This document shows positions 1-8,902 of a stretch of 64,000 nucleotides of DNA, piece by piece. The stretch is from a virus. How positions within the stretch are numbered: the first letter of the stretch is position 1; each line of letters opens with the position of its first letter. The notes under the pieces are model-generated. The model saw only the letters and a program-made list of their open reading frames with translations, made no database searches and was not told where the DNA came from. The position numbers were made by a program, and so were the translations under genes. Location of the stretch: the IMG/VR virus record IMGVR_UViG_3300045988_120991, positions 96,001 to 160,000 of that record; one strand, given 5' to 3'.

Positions 1-1220
1 TTAATCAATTTATCTGAATTTTCATCAACTAAAATCTTAGGCGAAGTATAGCCGCCAGATGTCTTACCATGAGAATTTGACATAACTGTAGGTGCAATAC
101 CTTCTGCACTATATACTCTACCACTCTGGTCAAAACTAGAATCTAGCTGACCGACTTTGATAATACTAGGCTCAATAACACCAGTCATAGACTGATTGCC
201 AAAGCCCTTGTAATCTCTAGCCATAAGAGTATGTGCAACATCTGTTAGACCATCAAATGTCGTTGCCTGATCCTTTAGGTTGATACCACTAGCTTCGTTC
301 TGTCTTGCAATAAAGTTTGCAAGAATACTCTCTACTTTATCACCAGAGAGGTAGTATTTTTCATCTACGGTCTTCTCTAGAATATCTTTTAGACGAGTAG
401 TTAGAGGAATCTGCTCTGGGAACTTAAATTTGCCATTATCTACATCTTTACGAATTGATAGGGCAAAAATACGCTCTCTGTTCTGAGGAATACCAAAGTG
501 CTTAGAATTGAGAACCTGATAGTAAGTATTATAACCAATGCTATCTAGCCAACGAATCCAAGCATCGAATTGTGGCTTAAACTTCTTACCAACAAGATTC
601 TTGACATTCTCAAGAAGTAAATACTTTGGTAGTGTATTTTCCTTCTTTGATACTACGAGAAGTCTCTGTACTTGACCAAGCAAACCAGAACGAGTACTAG
701 ATTGTACCTTCGCCCCACAATTAGGACAAATCAAAGATTCGCTATCGTTACTAAAATCAATAGGCCAAGAGTATCCACAAGAACACTTGTTGACCATACC
801 TTCACCCTTGCCGGCGACTGACAAATCGGTGCATGGGAACGAATATGTAACCATATCTGCATATGGTAGTCTATCAACCTTAGAAATATCTCCAAGGTTA
901 TTGCTTAGTTTATCTGCAATATAATACTGCTTTAGTTTATTAATAGGAGTACGACTCGTAATCGTATGTTTGCCCTTCATAAAATCATAGCCAAACCCCT
1001 TATTCTGTAGTTCTTCAATCATCTTATCTTGTGTAGAAAATTGATATGTCTTCATAGCAGAATCAATGTCAAAACGCATTGCTGCATATGACAATACCGC
1101 GTCCTTATCACAGTCACATGTATTGATAATTTTATAAGGAATTTTCAGTTGTCTTAATGCTCTTTCTTGTGCCCCGATACCACTGAATAATTCTATCATA
1201 CTAAATGTCTTGTTCTCCAT
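1..1220 (-). CDS. DNA (cytosine-5)-methyltransferase; the 3' end of the gene runs off the window start
   Basis: My own translation from ATG 1220 (SD GGAGTGAA) gives MENKTFSMIELFSGIGAQERA (motif I), YSFPCTDLSVAG (PC motif IV), LLLENVKNL (ENV motif) and GIPQNRERIF (QxRxR motif). The frame is still open at position 1. This ORF is absent from the supplied track. Confidence 0.9.
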   Translation of the reverse strand, partial: MENKTFSMIELFSGIGAQERALRQLKIPYKIINTCDCDKDAVLSYAAMRFDIDSAMKTYQFSTQDKMIEELQNKGFGYDFMKGKHTITSRTPINKLKQYYIADKLSNNLGDISKVDRLPYADMVTYSFPCTDLSVAGKGEGMVNKCSCGYSWPIDFSNDSESLICPNCGAKVQSSTRSGLLGQVQRLLVVSKKENTLPKYLLLENVKNLVGKKFKPQFDAWIRWLDSIGYNTYYQVLNSKHFGIPQNRERIFALSIRKDVDNGKFKFPEQIPLTTRLKDILEKTVDEKYYLSGDKVESILANFIARQNEASGINLKDQATTFDGLTDVAHTLMARDYKGFGNQSMTGVIEPSIIKVGQLDSSFDQSGRVYSAEGIAPTVMSNSHGKTSGGYTSPKILVDENSDKLI

Positions 1221-1236
1221 CGGTTCACTCCTTATA

Positions 1237-1788
1237 TTAATTTTGTACTGTTTCTGCTTCAATAATATACTTTAGCACAGAATACGCCTTATCCTCGTTT
1301 AGATTACTAATAGCATAATCAAAACCACCATGTGCTTTCATCTGAATAAACTGTTTCATCTCCGCTCTATTTCTAGCAAAGAAATCTTCCACAGAATCTC
1401 CACGATACAATGCACGGTCTAGACGAACCTCTGTCGGTACATTGATGTAAATAGAACATAGGTCAACACCTGTTAGACCGAGGTCTTCTAGAGTGGTGAG
1501 ACCGATAGCATCAATAATATAAACATCATTCTCATACAACTGATCTGTAGTACTCCAATACTTATTGCCATTAATTTCTGTGAATGCTGCAATCTTATCA
1601 TCAGACTTCATTTGCTCATAAACAGAATCATCAACAAAGATATGGGTGTCACCTTCATTTGTGCGACGATGACGGGTAGTGTAGCTGATAATTGACTTCA
1701 TGCCAGTATCTTCACATAGTCTTTTTGTCAATGTGTCCTTGCCAGAAGCTGTTTCACCCATGATACAAAATAGCTTATGATTACTCAT
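1237..1788 (-). CDS. P-loop nucleoside-monophosphate kinase, guanylate-kinase-like
   Basis: I trimmed track ORF 1237..1929 to ATG 1788 (SD GAGGAGAA; ATGAGTAA overlap with the upstream stop). It has Walker A GETASGKDT and a guanylate-kinase-like SYTTRHRRTNEGDTHIFV motif. Confidence 0.65.
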   Translation of the reverse strand: MSNHKLFCIMGETASGKDTLTKRLCEDTGMKSIISYTTRHRRTNEGDTHIFVDDSVYEQMKSDDKIAAFTEINGNKYWSTTDQLYENDVYIIDAIGLTTLEDLGLTGVDLCSIYINVPTEVRLDRALYRGDSVEDFFARNRAEMKQFIQMKAHGGFDYAISNLNEDKAYSVLKYIIEAETVQN

Positions 1789-2101
1789 CTGTATTCTCCT
1801 CTTCGTCATTAAAACTTGGTGTTTCAACAGTATGGTTAATAGCAGTTTGGCAGAAATCACGCACCTTCTTAACAATTCTACGCATATCTGCCATAGAACG
1901 TTTGCCTGGTTTATTGATGTCTCCATCAATCATATTGGCAATAGTTACACACATAGAACGTGCGCCGAGCAATAGTGCCTGTGTACGAATCTGCTCGACA
2001 ACATTCTCCACCTTGGACTTAAACTCATTCTCTACACTATCGGTAGCAACTTCTTCGTTTGTAGTGTTCTCATTTACCACATTAATATTATTATCGGCCA
2101 T
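1781..2101 (-). CDS. hypothetical protein (106 aa)
   Basis: I trimmed the track ORF to ATG 2101, which is preceded by GAAGGAGGAAAAGTA. It is the first gene behind promoter 2118..2163. Confidence 0.6.
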   Translation of the reverse strand: MADNNINVVNENTTNEEVATDSVENEFKSKVENVVEQIRTQALLLGARSMCVTIANMIDGDINKPGKRSMADMRRIVKKVRDFCQTAINHTVETPSFNDEEENTDE

Positions 2102-2117
2102 TACTTTTCCTCCTTCA

Positions 2118-2163
2118 TTAATTTTGTACTGTAAGTATAACACCACTTGCAATATTTGTCAAG
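2118..2163 (-). promoter_or_regulatory. sigma-70-type promoter with conserved downstream box
   Basis: The minus strand reads CTTGACAAATATTGCAAGTGGTGTTATACTTACAGTACAAAATTAATGAAGGAGG, giving TTGACA, a 17-nt spacer, TATACT and then the box ACAGTACAAAATTAA. Confidence 0.75.
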
Positions 2164-2166
2164 AGG

Positions 2167-2646
2167 TTATTTACGCAATTTTCCACCTTGCATATATGCT
2201 TTATTTGAGTTGAACTCTTTTATCATCTGTTCAAAGGGTTTATATGCCGTGCAAGTCTTATCAGTAATGGTCAAATCACTTCTCTGTCTAGGAACATAAG
2301 TCCTATTTTCTTGTTTCTTATACAAATCAACAGAATGTCCTTGAATTTTCTGCATTCTACTCTTAAACTCTTTACCACTTTGACTTGTGATGTATTCATA
2401 CATCTCTTGCAGAAGTTCATTCTCTTCTTTTGCACAACGGCGCTTTAATCTAAGCTCACGAAGAGTCTTATACATTACATACCCCTTGTACATATCTTTT
2501 GGTGCAGAAAGCTCTATTTCATGGTTTATATCATTAAGTTCATCTTCTGTTTGTTTAATAACTTCAAGGTTGCGCTCATAATTTGTCACAACATCTTTGA
2601 AGATGTCAATAATAGCTGTTGAATAATCACCAACAATATTCGGCAT
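2167..2646 (-). CDS. hypothetical protein (159 aa)
   Basis: Track ORF in tight same-strand packing. I see no recognisable motif. Confidence 0.6.
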   Translation of the reverse strand: MPNIVGDYSTAIIDIFKDVVTNYERNLEVIKQTEDELNDINHEIELSAPKDMYKGYVMYKTLRELRLKRRCAKEENELLQEMYEYITSQSGKEFKSRMQKIQGHSVDLYKKQENRTYVPRQRSDLTITDKTCTAYKPFEQMIKEFNSNKAYMQGGKLRK

Positions 2647-2660
2647 TTAAGCACCTCCAA

Positions 2661-2930
2661 TCATTTTTCATATTCTACATATCCACTTTCAAGTTCTTGT
2701 AGCTCTTTTTGAATTGAATGTTCTTTTATTTTTACTTTTCCATAAGCACCACTAAGTTCAAAATCTCGAATTTCTTTTTGTTTTTCACGTACTTTTTGAT
2801 TCAATACATCAAGTTCGTTTATTAAAGTATTAAATTTTTTCAAGCCATCACATTCACAATAGTAATATTCATAATAATGATCTTTATAACCACGCTTAAG
2901 TTCTTTCCCGCAGAATTTACATTTTCTCAT
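2661..2930 (-). CDS. small zinc-ribbon/coiled-coil protein
   Basis: I trimmed the track ORF to ATG 2930 (GGAGAATGATT upstream). It contains CKFCGK...CECDG cysteine pairs. Confidence 0.55.
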   Translation of the reverse strand: MRKCKFCGKELKRGYKDHYYEYYYCECDGLKKFNTLINELDVLNQKVREKQKEIRDFELSGAYGKVKIKEHSIQKELQELESGYVEYEK

Positions 2931-2991
2931 AATCATTCTCCAATCATATTTATGAGATCTTGAATATAAATAGAAATAACAAAATGCATTG

Positions 2992-3222
2992 TCATCTTTC
3001 AATGCTACTTGATACATTTTTCATATCTGCTTCGCACTCGGAACACGGATATATGTTCCGATTGTGATTCCTTCCTGTATCCCAGTGAAATAATCTTTTC
3101 CCATATTTATAGCACATATGAAACCTTTCTTCTCCATGAAACCTCAATCGTTCTTGCTCGGCTTCTGTTATGCTAAGTTGTGGACAATTGTTGCAAGTAT
3201 ACGTAAACTTCATTTTTGTCAC
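2992..3222 (-). CDS. Cys-rich zinc-finger protein (76 aa)
   Basis: Track ORF with CNNCP...CYKYG...CSECE cysteine pairs. Confidence 0.55.
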   Translation of the reverse strand: MTKMKFTYTCNNCPQLSITEAEQERLRFHGEERFHMCYKYGKRLFHWDTGRNHNRNIYPCSECEADMKNVSSSIER

Positions 3223-3238
3223 CTCTTTGAGTATATTT

Positions 3239-3640
3239 TCAAATCCTCAATACTACAAATGCAATCCAGGTGATAAAGATTTGTACCAAATGACATAACT
3301 GGTCTTGTACCAAGTTAATCTTCCTCAAATTTGCTTTTGAATTATCAACAATCATATGAATAAACAAATTAATTAAAAAGAATAATGCAATCACTAAGGA
3401 CGCATTATTTGTATTTGTTGTGTTAATCAACGTGTACACAGATGGAACAACCATAATCATAAATGCCCAGCTAAAACTATGCATGAATAATGCCATAATA
3501 TAATCATGTTTGTATAGTTCGTCTGGTGCATTTTGTTCCCAGTAGTTTTTCTGTTTTGCCGATGCTAACCATCCTTGCAAATAATAATCATCTACAATGT
3601 GTAGAAAAATCATAACTAATAGTAATAAAATCTTATACAT
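3239..3640 (-). CDS. integral membrane protein, DUF3307-like
   Basis: It has hydrophobic segments, and the N-terminal HIVDDYYLQ resembles the HxxxDFxxQ signature of DUF3307 as I recall it. Confidence 0.5.
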   Translation of the reverse strand: MYKILLLLVMIFLHIVDDYYLQGWLASAKQKNYWEQNAPDELYKHDYIMALFMHSFSWAFMIMVVPSVYTLINTTNTNNASLVIALFFLINLFIHMIVDNSKANLRKINLVQDQLCHLVQIFITWIAFVVLRI

Positions 3641-3666
3641 AGATTCTCACCTTTTGAAATTCTATT

Positions 3667-3888
3667 TTAGCCATTAGAAACATAATAATCATCATGACCA
3701 AATCTTACACAAGATTCACATTTGTATTTTTTATCCTCCAAATGAAGACATCCATAGCAGCCTTTATGCTGTTCTTCCCATTCATTGATTGCATTGGTAG
3801 CCAACTGAATAACTTGCATTTCGTAAGGGTCAAAACAAAAATCTTGTTCATTGATAATATCTGTAAATTCTTTTGCTAACTTTCCCAT
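3667..3888 (-). CDS. hypothetical protein (73 aa)
   Basis: Track ORF with a CYGC...CESC motif. Confidence 0.55.
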   Translation of the reverse strand: MGKLAKEFTDIINEQDFCFDPYEMQVIQLATNAINEWEEQHKGCYGCLHLEDKKYKCESCVRFGHDDYYVSNG

Positions 3889-3900
3889 ATAATTACCTCA

Positions 3901-4209
3901 TTACAATTTCTCTCTCAATTCATTTACGGCATCTACCAACTCGTTGATTTTTGCAGTAAGTCCTATCTCTGAACAGGGATAATTATATTCAAAATGATCA
4001 ATCTTCTTAACTTCAGGTTTTGTAAAATCATGCTGGCCGATACGATTAAAAAATCCATTTTCTACACCAGTAATGCTATAATCTAATCCTATATAGTAAC
4101 CGTCTGATGGATAGGTGCCTCGCCACCACAATGCCCTATCATCACTTACATAGCCAGTCGCACCACCCTTTGTCTCAACATAGTCGCCTACATGAAATTC
4201 GTATTTCAT
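3901..4209 (-). CDS. hypothetical protein (102 aa)
   Basis: Track ORF whose start overlaps the upstream stop. Confidence 0.55.
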   Translation of the reverse strand: MKYEFHVGDYVETKGGATGYVSDDRALWWRGTYPSDGYYIGLDYSITGVENGFFNRIGQHDFTKPEVKKIDHFEYNYPCSEIGLTAKINELVDAVNELREKL

Positions 4210-4484
4210 AGAAATTCCTCCGTAAAATAACCACCGCAGTATTCACACCGTTCATCTATTTCTTTATGAGGTGCTCCACAGTTGGGACATTTAAGCACCT
4301 TGTTACCGTATTTTTTCTTTACAGTAGCTTCTGTACTAGCATATATCTTATCAAAATATGAACCATTGTACACATACAAACTATTTGTATCTGAACAGTA
4401 TACAATATCCCCTATTTTTATTGAATGTTTATCATGAATCATGTTAATATATGTAGATTCAAAATAGTAAGATGTGTTAATCAT
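4206..4484 (-). CDS. hypothetical protein with C-terminal zinc ribbon
   Basis: Track ORF with CPNCGAP...CEYCG. Confidence 0.55.
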   Translation of the reverse strand: MINTSYYFESTYINMIHDKHSIKIGDIVYCSDTNSLYVYNGSYFDKIYASTEATVKKKYGNKVLKCPNCGAPHKEIDERCEYCGGYFTEEFL

Positions 4485-4696
4485 ATTCCAATCGTTCCAT
4501 CAGTGCCCACGACTGGTTTGCTAATATAATCCTTGAAGCTAATGAAAAACGGACACTTATCCGTCCCATTACATACTACTTCCGGGCTTGCATATTTGCA
4601 TACATAACCATCGGGACACCACCATGTGGCACGTTCATGTACTAACCAAGGACAACCGTCTCTATCTTTAGGCATATCGTCAACTAAAATTTTCAT
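4481..4696 (-). CDS. hypothetical Cys-rich protein (71 aa)
   Basis: Track ORF with a 4-nt overlap to its neighbour. Confidence 0.5.
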   Translation of the reverse strand: MKILVDDMPKDRDGCPWLVHERATWWCPDGYVCKYASPEVVCNGTDKCPFFISFKDYISKPVVGTDGTIGI

Positions 4697-4698
4697 AT

Positions 4699-5154
4699 TT
4701 AATCATCCTCACATTGATATTTTGGAGATAGATTACACATATCTCTTCTGCCGTTACATTCACATTTGCTCTTATTTTTCTCATTGAAATGTTCTCTCAT
4801 AAGCTTAACCCAGTTTTCCAAATCTTTTCTAGTCATCCAATCAACATCAAAATCCTGTGGTAGTACAATTAGATTTGGATACTTCTTCGAAAGCTGGTTT
4901 GCAAAATTGCATACATCATATAAGGTGTACGCAGTTGTAAATCTAAATACTGGAGTTTTATCCTTCAAGAAATCAACCTTATTCTCAAGGTCTCTTCCGC
5001 ACCAAGGACAGTAACTAATGTATTCTTTTTGATATATCCAATCGTCATTATATGTGTCCCATTCCGAAGTCTGAATATCAAGAAAATACTCTTGTGTTAG
5101 AGGCTCAAAGAAAATTTCACACTCATTGGATGCCGAATCACAATACTTACACAT
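4699..5154 (-). CDS. hypothetical Cys-rich protein (151 aa)
   Basis: Track ORF with CKYC...CPWCG pairs. Confidence 0.55.
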   Translation of the reverse strand: MCKYCDSASNECEIFFEPLTQEYFLDIQTSEWDTYNDDWIYQKEYISYCPWCGRDLENKVDFLKDKTPVFRFTTAYTLYDVCNFANQLSKKYPNLIVLPQDFDVDWMTRKDLENWVKLMREHFNEKNKSKCECNGRRDMCNLSPKYQCEDD

Positions 5155-5155
5155 A

Positions 5156-5476
5156 TTAGTCCCTCATCTCACTAATTAGGAAATCATACACATCTCCCCA
5201 ATTTTCAATCTTTACACAATAACCACCAATCTCAATATCACCAAGCTCAAATTTATGTAGCCAATCACGCTCCCAGATAAAGTAGCCTAGCCAGTCATTC
5301 TCCTTGTCGTTGAAAATCTCACTCAGAACATCTGTCGTAATGTTAAAAGCGTCGCAAATATAAAAGCTACCAAAATCTTCACAAAGACCACGCATTGCTC
5401 TGTCTGCTACATCCATTCTGTTGCTCAAATCCTCAAGACGCGCGATAGTCTTGATAAAAGTTTCCTTAGAAATCAT
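5156..5476 (-). CDS. hypothetical protein (106 aa)
   Basis: Track ORF in tight packing. Confidence 0.55.
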   Translation of the reverse strand: MISKETFIKTIARLEDLSNRMDVADRAMRGLCEDFGSFYICDAFNITTDVLSEIFNDKENDWLGYFIWERDWLHKFELGDIEIGGYCVKIENWGDVYDFLISEMRD

Positions 5477-5480
5477 ATAA

Positions 5481-5822
5481 TCACTCCTTAATATTTAGCT
5501 TATAACCAAGCTCCTTTTCTAGCTGTTTCTTTGACATCTCTCGTTCAATCACTTCAAATGTTGCCCACTTGTCATCTACTGCAAAAATATCAAACTTGGT
5601 TATGACCCTCTGTTTATAGCCAAAATAATCATATTCCTCCTCCTCTTTTTCTTGCATAACTTTTGAGAAGGTTAGTCCGATCTTAGGGAAATGGACTTTA
5701 CATTTGCTACCATCTGTAGCATAAAAAGTACCAATATAATCAAGATAAGGTACGCCGTCTTCAATATAAATCTTTACATCGGTTGGGCGTACACCACTAC
5801 TAATAATTGGAGTGTATTTCAT
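5481..5822 (-). CDS. hypothetical protein (113 aa)
   Basis: Track ORF. Confidence 0.55.
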   Translation of the reverse strand: MKYTPIISSGVRPTDVKIYIEDGVPYLDYIGTFYATDGSKCKVHFPKIGLTFSKVMQEKEEEEYDYFGYKQRVITKFDIFAVDDKWATFEVIEREMSKKQLEKELGYKLNIKE

Positions 5823-6553
5823 TATTTAGCACCTTTCCTTTCGTTCAACCAATCACAATACTTCTGGCATTCTTCTTTAGATTTGAATCCAATTTTTTTC
5901 ATATATCCAAGTTGTTCCGTCTTCTCAATAACATCCTCACAAAACTTATCGTATACAAACTGGATCCCAAAGTCTTCGTATGAGTAATCGTTCCATCTAC
6001 TGTCACCAGTGTGTTGATAGCTTTTATCAAGTCGATAATATCTTTCGTATTGATAATTACTGTCTTTGACTATATATCTTATACAATTAATCCATGTTTC
6101 CTGTGGTTCATACCAATAATCTGGCTGAAAGCATGTGCATTTCTTACTTATAGTTGTACCATCAGGCCAAGTCAAAACCCAGTTTCTATTTTCATCACAT
6201 TTATCGCACTTAGGCTTTTCATGTGGTTTATTATCTGCAAACCAGAGCTGAGATTTTTCAAGCGCGTCCTTAAAGATATCGTCAATAGCAGTCTTATAAA
6301 ATTCTTTTTCTACTTCTCTGCGAAGATTTTGTGCTTTATATTCCAAGTCAATTTCTTTGCTCGATACTTCTCGTGCCTTGTCCTCAAGCTCTTTATTGCG
6401 CTTCTCAAGATATTCATTACGACTTTTAAGTGATTCCATGTCGTTCTTCAAAGAAGCTTTTGCTGCATCAACAAGTTTTGATTTCATTTCGTCAAAAAGT
6501 TCATCTGCTTCTGACGGCTCCCATATAGGTTCTTCATAATCCCAATAACTCAT
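5822..6553 (-). CDS. hypothetical coiled-coil protein with Cys cluster (243 aa)
   Basis: ATG 6553 follows AAAGAGGGATAAA. The protein has a central heptad-like region (SLKSRNEYLEKRNKELEDKAREV) and a CDKCDEN...CTC cluster. Confidence 0.6.
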   Translation of the reverse strand: MSYWDYEEPIWEPSEADELFDEMKSKLVDAAKASLKNDMESLKSRNEYLEKRNKELEDKAREVSSKEIDLEYKAQNLRREVEKEFYKTAIDDIFKDALEKSQLWFADNKPHEKPKCDKCDENRNWVLTWPDGTTISKKCTCFQPDYWYEPQETWINCIRYIVKDSNYQYERYYRLDKSYQHTGDSRWNDYSYEDFGIQFVYDKFCEDVIEKTEQLGYMKKIGFKSKEECQKYCDWLNERKGAK

Positions 6554-6659
6554 TTTATCCCTCTTTTCTTTGCAATTGTTCTCATTGCATATCTGGCTCC
6601 GTATTTGCCATACTTCTTTCTACAACTCCAATAAATCATCCAATATAAGTTAGAATGTT

Positions 6660-6932
6660 TCATACGCCACTAATCCTCTTATCGTGCAAAGGCTCCGTTG
6701 GAATAAAGTCTTTATAATTATTTGAATGTCTGCAATCCTTATGTTCACAATCTTGTTCACAACCATACGCATAATATGAATTGTTGCAATAATCACAAAC
6801 ATTTCCACAATTAAGCATAATCAAACATTTAATTCTATCTACTGGAGCCATATGAGATACTTCACACATTCTACATTCTTTAGAGCTTTTAAATTCCCGT
6901 CCACAAGTATCACATTTATAAATAGTAGTCAT
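6660..6932 (-). CDS. Cys/His-rich protein (90 aa)
   Basis: ATG 6932 follows GAGGTGACTT. Multiple CxxC pairs are present. Confidence 0.55.
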   Translation of the reverse strand: MTTIYKCDTCGREFKSSKECRMCEVSHMAPVDRIKCLIMLNCGNVCDYCNNSYYAYGCEQDCEHKDCRHSNNYKDFIPTEPLHDKRISGV

Positions 6933-6940
6933 AAGTCACC

Positions 6941-7774
6941 TCAAATTAGTTTCTCGACATAGTTTCTGTCTTGAGTAAAGATAGGAATTTCATTATCAAT
7001 TACCCACTTACTTCTCTTGATATAACCACAAATATTTCCTACTTCATCATACTCGGTAAGACTATCATCAGCCTTAATGCAGCAGCTACCACGCTTTAGA
7101 GTTGTAGAATAATCATTCCAGTTGATGCCCTTCTGTAGCATAAGCATATCCTGAATGTTGTTGCAAGACTTACCGTGAAGTTCCTTCTGACTGAAGTTTG
7201 CCTGACCTACAGACTGGATAGAGTTGCGAGTGGCATCTTGCTGTCGCCAGATTAGCGCATTGCAAACTTCCTCCTTGGGAATTGTAAAGACACGAGAATC
7301 AAACATAGCACCTTTATTTCTTGCGTTAATGAGAATTTTTGTATATTCGGTTAAATCCTTTGTAATACCACAATCGGCATCAAGATTGTTGTCAATATAC
7401 TTTACAATATTGTCGTTAAATGCTTTATTAAATGCTAGCGTTGCCATACTTGCAGATACACTACACATCTTCTGTAAATTGTTGCCGAACCAAGCGTCAG
7501 TTGTAAGCTCTGCATAGTCAGTAAGCACAAGAGAAATTTCGTCGCTCTGTGTATAGCCAAGGACACAACCTTGGATGTTCTCACAGAGATACTTCATAGT
7601 ATCTTGCATAGTCTTTACAAAAATATCATCAAAAGGTTTTTTCATGCCCTTAGTAAAAGTATGACCAGCTTTCATATCCATTCTAATAATAATCGGCATT
7701 CTACGAGTTAAATAATACCGACTGATATTCTCGTAGTTATTTTTCATACGGTCGCCCAGCGTAGTCTTATCCAT
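6941..7774 (-). CDS. Thg1-like protein (tRNA-His guanylyltransferase / 3'-5' polymerase family)
   Basis: The N-terminus LGDRMKNNYE, the segment RMD..GHTFTKGMKKPFD and the motif GYTQSDEISLV match the Thg1/TLP signature blocks (GDRMK.YE, R.DG..F, KP.D, SDE.S) as I recall them. Confidence 0.8.
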   Translation of the reverse strand: MDKTTLGDRMKNNYENISRYYLTRRMPIIIRMDMKAGHTFTKGMKKPFDDIFVKTMQDTMKYLCENIQGCVLGYTQSDEISLVLTDYAELTTDAWFGNNLQKMCSVSASMATLAFNKAFNDNIVKYIDNNLDADCGITKDLTEYTKILINARNKGAMFDSRVFTIPKEEVCNALIWRQQDATRNSIQSVGQANFSQKELHGKSCNNIQDMLMLQKGINWNDYSTTLKRGSCCIKADDSLTEYDEVGNICGYIKRSKWVIDNEIPIFTQDRNYVEKLI

Positions 7775-7776
7775 CT

Positions 7777-8076
7777 TTAATCCTCCTTAACGATTTCTTC
7801 TAGGCTATTGGTTTGTACATTATAAACGTATGGCATTCCGTTTGGTGCATAATAAGGAGACATATAACCGTAACCAGAATTTCCAGCACATTCATTAAAA
7901 AGTATATATACGATTTTTGTATTCGTATCATAATATAAATCTTGCATCATTGTAGGCTGTAGCCTACCATTGGTGCGTGTTGTATAACCTTTAGAACCAG
8001 CAAATGTGGCACTACACCCAGCTAGACAAAAAACAAGAAATACAGTTAGAATCAACGCAATAATTTTATTTCGCAT
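7777..8076 (-). CDS. lipoprotein (99 aa)
   Basis: I trimmed the track ORF to ATG 8076 (AAGGAG 8 nt upstream). The signal peptide ends in the lipobox LAGC. Confidence 0.65.
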   Translation of the reverse strand: MRNKIIALILTVFLVFCLAGCSATFAGSKGYTTRTNGRLQPTMMQDLYYDTNTKIVYILFNECAGNSGYGYMSPYYAPNGMPYVYNVQTNSLEEIVKED

Positions 8077-8614
8077 TAGTCTTGCTCCTTTCAATAATTT
8101 CATCAAGTGTTCTTGGCCAATATTCCATCCAAGGCATCATGCAACCAACATTGATAATATTGCCGCAGTTATCACTATTTGTTTGTTTGCTATCCTTTAG
8201 CTCCTTCGTCCACTTTTCAACAAAATCCTGCTCTCTTGTTACATGAGTGTGTCCATGCAGCATATAGCAGTTCGGATTATAAGATGCTTTATAACACATA
8301 ATTGGATAGTGACACATAATAACATGTCGCCCACAGTCTGTAATTTCTTTATAATCAACCGCTTCTACGATATATTTCTTAACGTCATATGGATAATCCT
8401 TCAAATCATGATTGCCTTTGATGATATGAATATTGCCGTTTAGCAGCTTTAGATACTTAATCCAATCATCCTTCTTTCCCCAGCAAAAATCTCCAAGATG
8501 ATACACATGGTCTGCATTACTTATAACTGAATTCCAGTTGTTGACTAGTGCTTCGTTCATCTCATCAATTGTTCCAAACGGTCTGTTATCAAATCTGATA
8601 ACATTTTTATGCAT
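8066..8614 (-). CDS. calcineurin-like metallophosphoesterase
   Basis: Motifs HLGDF, GNHD and GHTH occur in the canonical order. Confidence 0.75.
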   Translation of the reverse strand: MHKNVIRFDNRPFGTIDEMNEALVNNWNSVISNADHVYHLGDFCWGKKDDWIKYLKLLNGNIHIIKGNHDLKDYPYDVKKYIVEAVDYKEITDCGRHVIMCHYPIMCYKASYNPNCYMLHGHTHVTREQDFVEKWTKELKDSKQTNSDNCGNIINVGCMMPWMEYWPRTLDEIIERSKTNAK

Positions 8615-8671
8615 TAAGCGCCTTCAACTAATGAAGGTCAGAAATATAGAAAATCTGACTCATAGATAATA

Positions 8672-8902
8672 TCACGCTCCTTTCTTTGGTCTTCCACGCT
8701 TTTTCTTTTCTGGTTTATCTTCAATTTCTTCAACTTCAAATTTTGGAGCCTCTGGCATTTGCATCCAATATACAACTTGAAGGTATGTGTTAAACTTCGC
8801 ATTACCCATATGTAGGGCTGATTTTACGATGCCTTCGTTTGTACATATAATTACGTCCTGATACTTCTCAGGCCATTTATCATTGATATTAATCCAATCC
8901 AT
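8672..8902 (-). CDS. small DUF551-like protein with basic AT-hook-like tail
   Basis: The N-terminus is WININDKWPEK... and the C-terminus is KKKRGRPKKGA. The family assignment is from memory only. Confidence 0.5.
   Translation of the reverse strand: MDWININDKWPEKYQDVIICTNEGIVKSALHMGNAKFNTYLQVVYWMQMPEAPKFEVEEIEDKPEKKKRGRPKKGA

Noticed and set aside
6554-6659. Tiny ORFs: a 29-aa basic ORF (MIYWSCRKKYGKYGARYAMRTIAKKRGIK), a 17-aa ORF at about 61673..61726, and a 13-aa ORF at about 22980..23021.
   Set aside because: They are too short, and two have weak or absent SD sites. The one at 61726 has a good SD but only 17 codons. They are left unannotated.
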